The translations under genes and the position numbers were made by a program. From the IMG/VR virus record IMGVR_UViG_2593339225_000003, positions 48,887 through 112,886 of that record: a stretch of DNA of 64,000 nt; one strand, given 5' to 3'. This stretch comes from a virus. Its lineage: Duplodnaviria > Caudoviricetes. Below the pieces are notes generated by a model. It did not search any database. It was not told the origin of the DNA and saw nothing but the letters and a program-made list of their open reading frames with translations. Below, in pieces: positions 61,100-64,000 of this stretch (the first letter of the stretch is position 1; every line of letters begins with the position of its first letter).

Positions 61100-63250
61100 A
61101 TGCTAAAAACGTCTATAAAAACAATAATTCAACGACACACGGATATGAACTTACGAACTTTTGCGAATTTGATAAATACGCAGCGACAAGTTATTGTGCA
61201 ATCCACGGAGCAGATGAAAGTCTTAACCTCGGAGATATAACAAAGGTCGATGAAACCAAAATCAAACCTTTCACAATGATTTGTGGCGGAAGCCCGTGTC
61301 AGGATTTCAGCGTTGCGGGCAATCAAGCAGGAAGCAAATGGAAGTGCAAGGATTGTGAACACGAATATAATCCTTTGACCGTGCATTATTCTGAGCGGCA
61401 CAAATGTCCTAATTGCGGAAGCGAAAACCTTGATAAGACACGCAGTTCACTCTTAGTTGAATGGTTGCGTGTCATTCGCGCAAATAAGCCTAAATGGGGC
61501 ATTTATGAAAACGTCAAAAATATTGTCGGTAAAAAGTTCAAAGATACATTTCAAATGTTTATTGATGAACTTAATGAATACGGTTATAACACCTATTATC
61601 AGGTTCTCAATGCTAAAGATTATGGTATTCCTCAGAACCGCGAAAGAGTATATTTGATTATCATTCAAAAAGATTTGGATAATGGCAAGTTCAAATTTCC
61701 CGAAGGATTTGACAATGGACTTCGCCTCAAGGATATGCTCGAAGATGAGGTTGATCAAAAATACTATATTAACACCCAAAAAGCACAGGAGCTAATTAAT
61801 GATTTAGTTAGCAGCGGTAAATTAGATAAGAGTTATTCTAATGCTGTACGCGCCGGGGGGGAGAGGAAGTATAGACCGACACCAATGGGATGCGATTCAA
61901 GTGTAAAATCAATGGGATTTATTGATAATGGCACAGGAAAACACCAATCCAATATGGTTTATAGTAAAAACGGTCTAAGTCGATGTATTGACGCTACTGA
62001 TTATAAACATTCGCAAAGGATAATATCGAATGATAAAAGAAAATCAAAAGAATCTATCATTTAGTTCAAAGAATACCGACAAACCACTTTTAGTCTGTGG
62101 TTTTGGAGAAATAAATTTTGGAAAACAATATCGGCAAGGCAACAGAGTTTATGATTCCGAACATATTGCTATGGCGTTAAATTCATCTCCTGTCGGTAAT
62201 ACTGGCGGATATACATATTTATATTTGGTGAGAGTAAATGATAAACAAAGATAACACCGTCCTCTTGGGCAATGTTTATGGTAAACAGTTCGGTACGGGA
62301 TATGCCGGTAATGTATGGGATAAAGAATACTATTGCCCGACAATTCGTACTTGTCAGGGGGGAGGAAATCAACCAATGGTTATCGTGAAGGAAGAAAAAG
62401 ATGAGAAAAGATAGTGGAATCGAGGTTATTGGTTCGCTTAATCCGCAAAAAGAGGTACAGGATAGGGTTCGCGTTCTCTCGTTCGGTGGAGTTGCCAATC
62501 TTTAAGAGCGACAGATTACAAAGAGCCGCCAAAAGTTTTGGTGTTGGTTCAGGAGAAATCAAATGAGAATACCGATATGTTTGTTGACTCCGAATAATTT
62601 CGCTCATAAAGCAGGAGATGGCACAAAAACCAGAAAAAGAGAGATTAGATTTATTCATCCCGCGCTTCAAGCAAATTGTGGAGCAACACAGGCAACGTAT
62701 CTATTAGAGCGTTGGGTACAAGAAATAAATAAAGAAATTATCCAAATAAAGGACAATTAGTATATGGATTTAAGACATACAGAACTCCCTTGCTTTTATG
62801 ACGACCGCGACATCGGCTGGGGGGGAGAAAACGACAGATTTTTGTCCTACACAAAGAGCAAGTAGGAGTGGAATAAAAATGATAAATAATTCTTCCGATG
62901 GTTTCAGAATCAGAAAATTAACCCCAAAAGAATGTTTTAGACTAATGGGATTTTCTGATGAGGCTTTTGAAAGAGCAAGAAAAGCACTGAACGATAAGTT
63001 TTACAAAGGCAATGATAGGTCAAGTTCTCAGCTTTATAAACAAGCAGGAAATTCAATAGTTACCGATGTATTGTTTTACATATTTTATGAACTATATCAA
63101 GCAATGCCTTATCTATTCGATGATTTGAAAGTGAGCAGTTATTTCTCTGGGATAGGAGCTTTTGAAATTGCACTCGATAGATTGTTTGATGTGGTTCAGA
63201 ACGGCGATAGTGCTGTTATTCCCGCGAAATCCGGGGGAGAGAAACAATAA
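61100..63250 (+). pseudogene. C5 cytosine DNA methyltransferase, fragmented, motif I at the C-terminus
   Basis: FCEFDK, GGSPCQDFS, ENVK, PQNRER, then broken variable segments, RKLTPKECFRLMGF, QAGNSI and finally YFSGIGAFE. Confidence 0.8.
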
Positions 63251-63371
63251 TTTATGATGACTATAATAGCAGAGTAAGAGATGACCAGAACACAATAGGT
63301 ACTCTAACCACAAACATTGGTAGTAGTGGTTTAAGAGCAGCATATAAAATCATTGAAAATGAGGAAAAACA

Positions 63372-63845
63372 ATGTATTCAGAATACGGAAAAGTAGTCGT
63401 AGGTTATCAAGGCGTTGGCAAATCAACTCTTGCATTTCACAATAATCGTGTGATTGACCTCGAAAGCAGCAACTTCTTTGTGGATGGCGAACGTCCCGCG
63501 AATTGGCACATCATCTACTGCAATATTGCACGAGCATTGTGCAAGCAAGGATATATCGTTTGCATTTCATCTCACAAGGAAGTCAGAAAGGAACTTGCGC
63601 GACATCCGGCGAGCAAACAAGTAATCGTATATCCAACTCGCGCTCTAAAAGATGCTTGGATTGCTAAACTTCGTTATCGTTTTGACGAAACACAATCTAT
63701 GAAGGATTTTAAGGCATTAAAGAACGCCGAAGATTGCTTTGATAAGAATATCGTAGATTTAGAAAATCAAGAGGGTTTTGAAAGAATCGGGTTTTCTACT
63801 ATGGATTATGACCTTGCCGACCTTTTGGAATTAAATAGGAGATAA
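63372..63845 (+). CDS. P-loop NTPase/kinase-like protein
   Basis: GYQGVGKST Walker A. Confidence 0.75.
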   Translation: MYSEYGKVVVGYQGVGKSTLAFHNNRVIDLESSNFFVDGERPANWHIIYCNIARALCKQGYIVCISSHKEVRKELARHPASKQVIVYPTRALKDAWIAKLRYRFDETQSMKDFKALKNAEDCFDKNIVDLENQEGFERIGFSTMDYDLADLLELNRR

Positions 63846-64000
63846 AAATGAGTTGTAAGCACAAAATGAAATCAGTTTTAGGCAAAGAATACACACGTTG
63901 TCGTAGAGACAACTCTGTTCATAGAAAGCCGTGCAAATGCCCGAAATATGAGCCGACCTTACGAGAAAGAATTAAGAGGTTCTTTAGTGGTCGTAAATAG

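Overview
The window is most consistent with part of a large SPbeta-like phage or prophage of a low-GC Firmicutes (probably clostridial) host. No capsid, tail or terminase genes were recognised. The left arm (1-8.9 kb, minus strand) encodes a beta-CASP metallo-beta-lactamase nuclease, four tRNAs, GIY-YIG endonucleases and a YonO-like single-subunit RNA polymerase. An AT-rich strand-switch region with iterons (9.0-10.6 kb) follows. The long plus-strand arm carries small early genes behind consensus sigma-A promoters, a second iteron block (18.0-18.7 kb), a beta-clamp homologue, a tyrosine recombinase / MazF-like / MrpR-like module and decayed NAD-salvage genes. It also carries a complete DGR whose RT is fused to a SLOG domain, a tRNA/tmRNA/ncRNA island, a Cas12f/TnpB-like nuclease with a CRISPR array, Thg1, phosphoesterases, an MFS transporter, LigA and a fragmented, apparently permuted C5 methyltransferase. 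The most unusual element is a family of nine small structured RNA units with the scaffold CGG-CTA-stem-TCCTTCT-cargo-stem'-ATT-YCCG and fully covarying stems. Eight flank a 744-aa TerD-domain (possibly TROVE/Ro-like) gene, and two carry circularly permuted tRNAs opened at the anticodon loop. All calls were made by eye from motifs and base-pairing; no database search was run.
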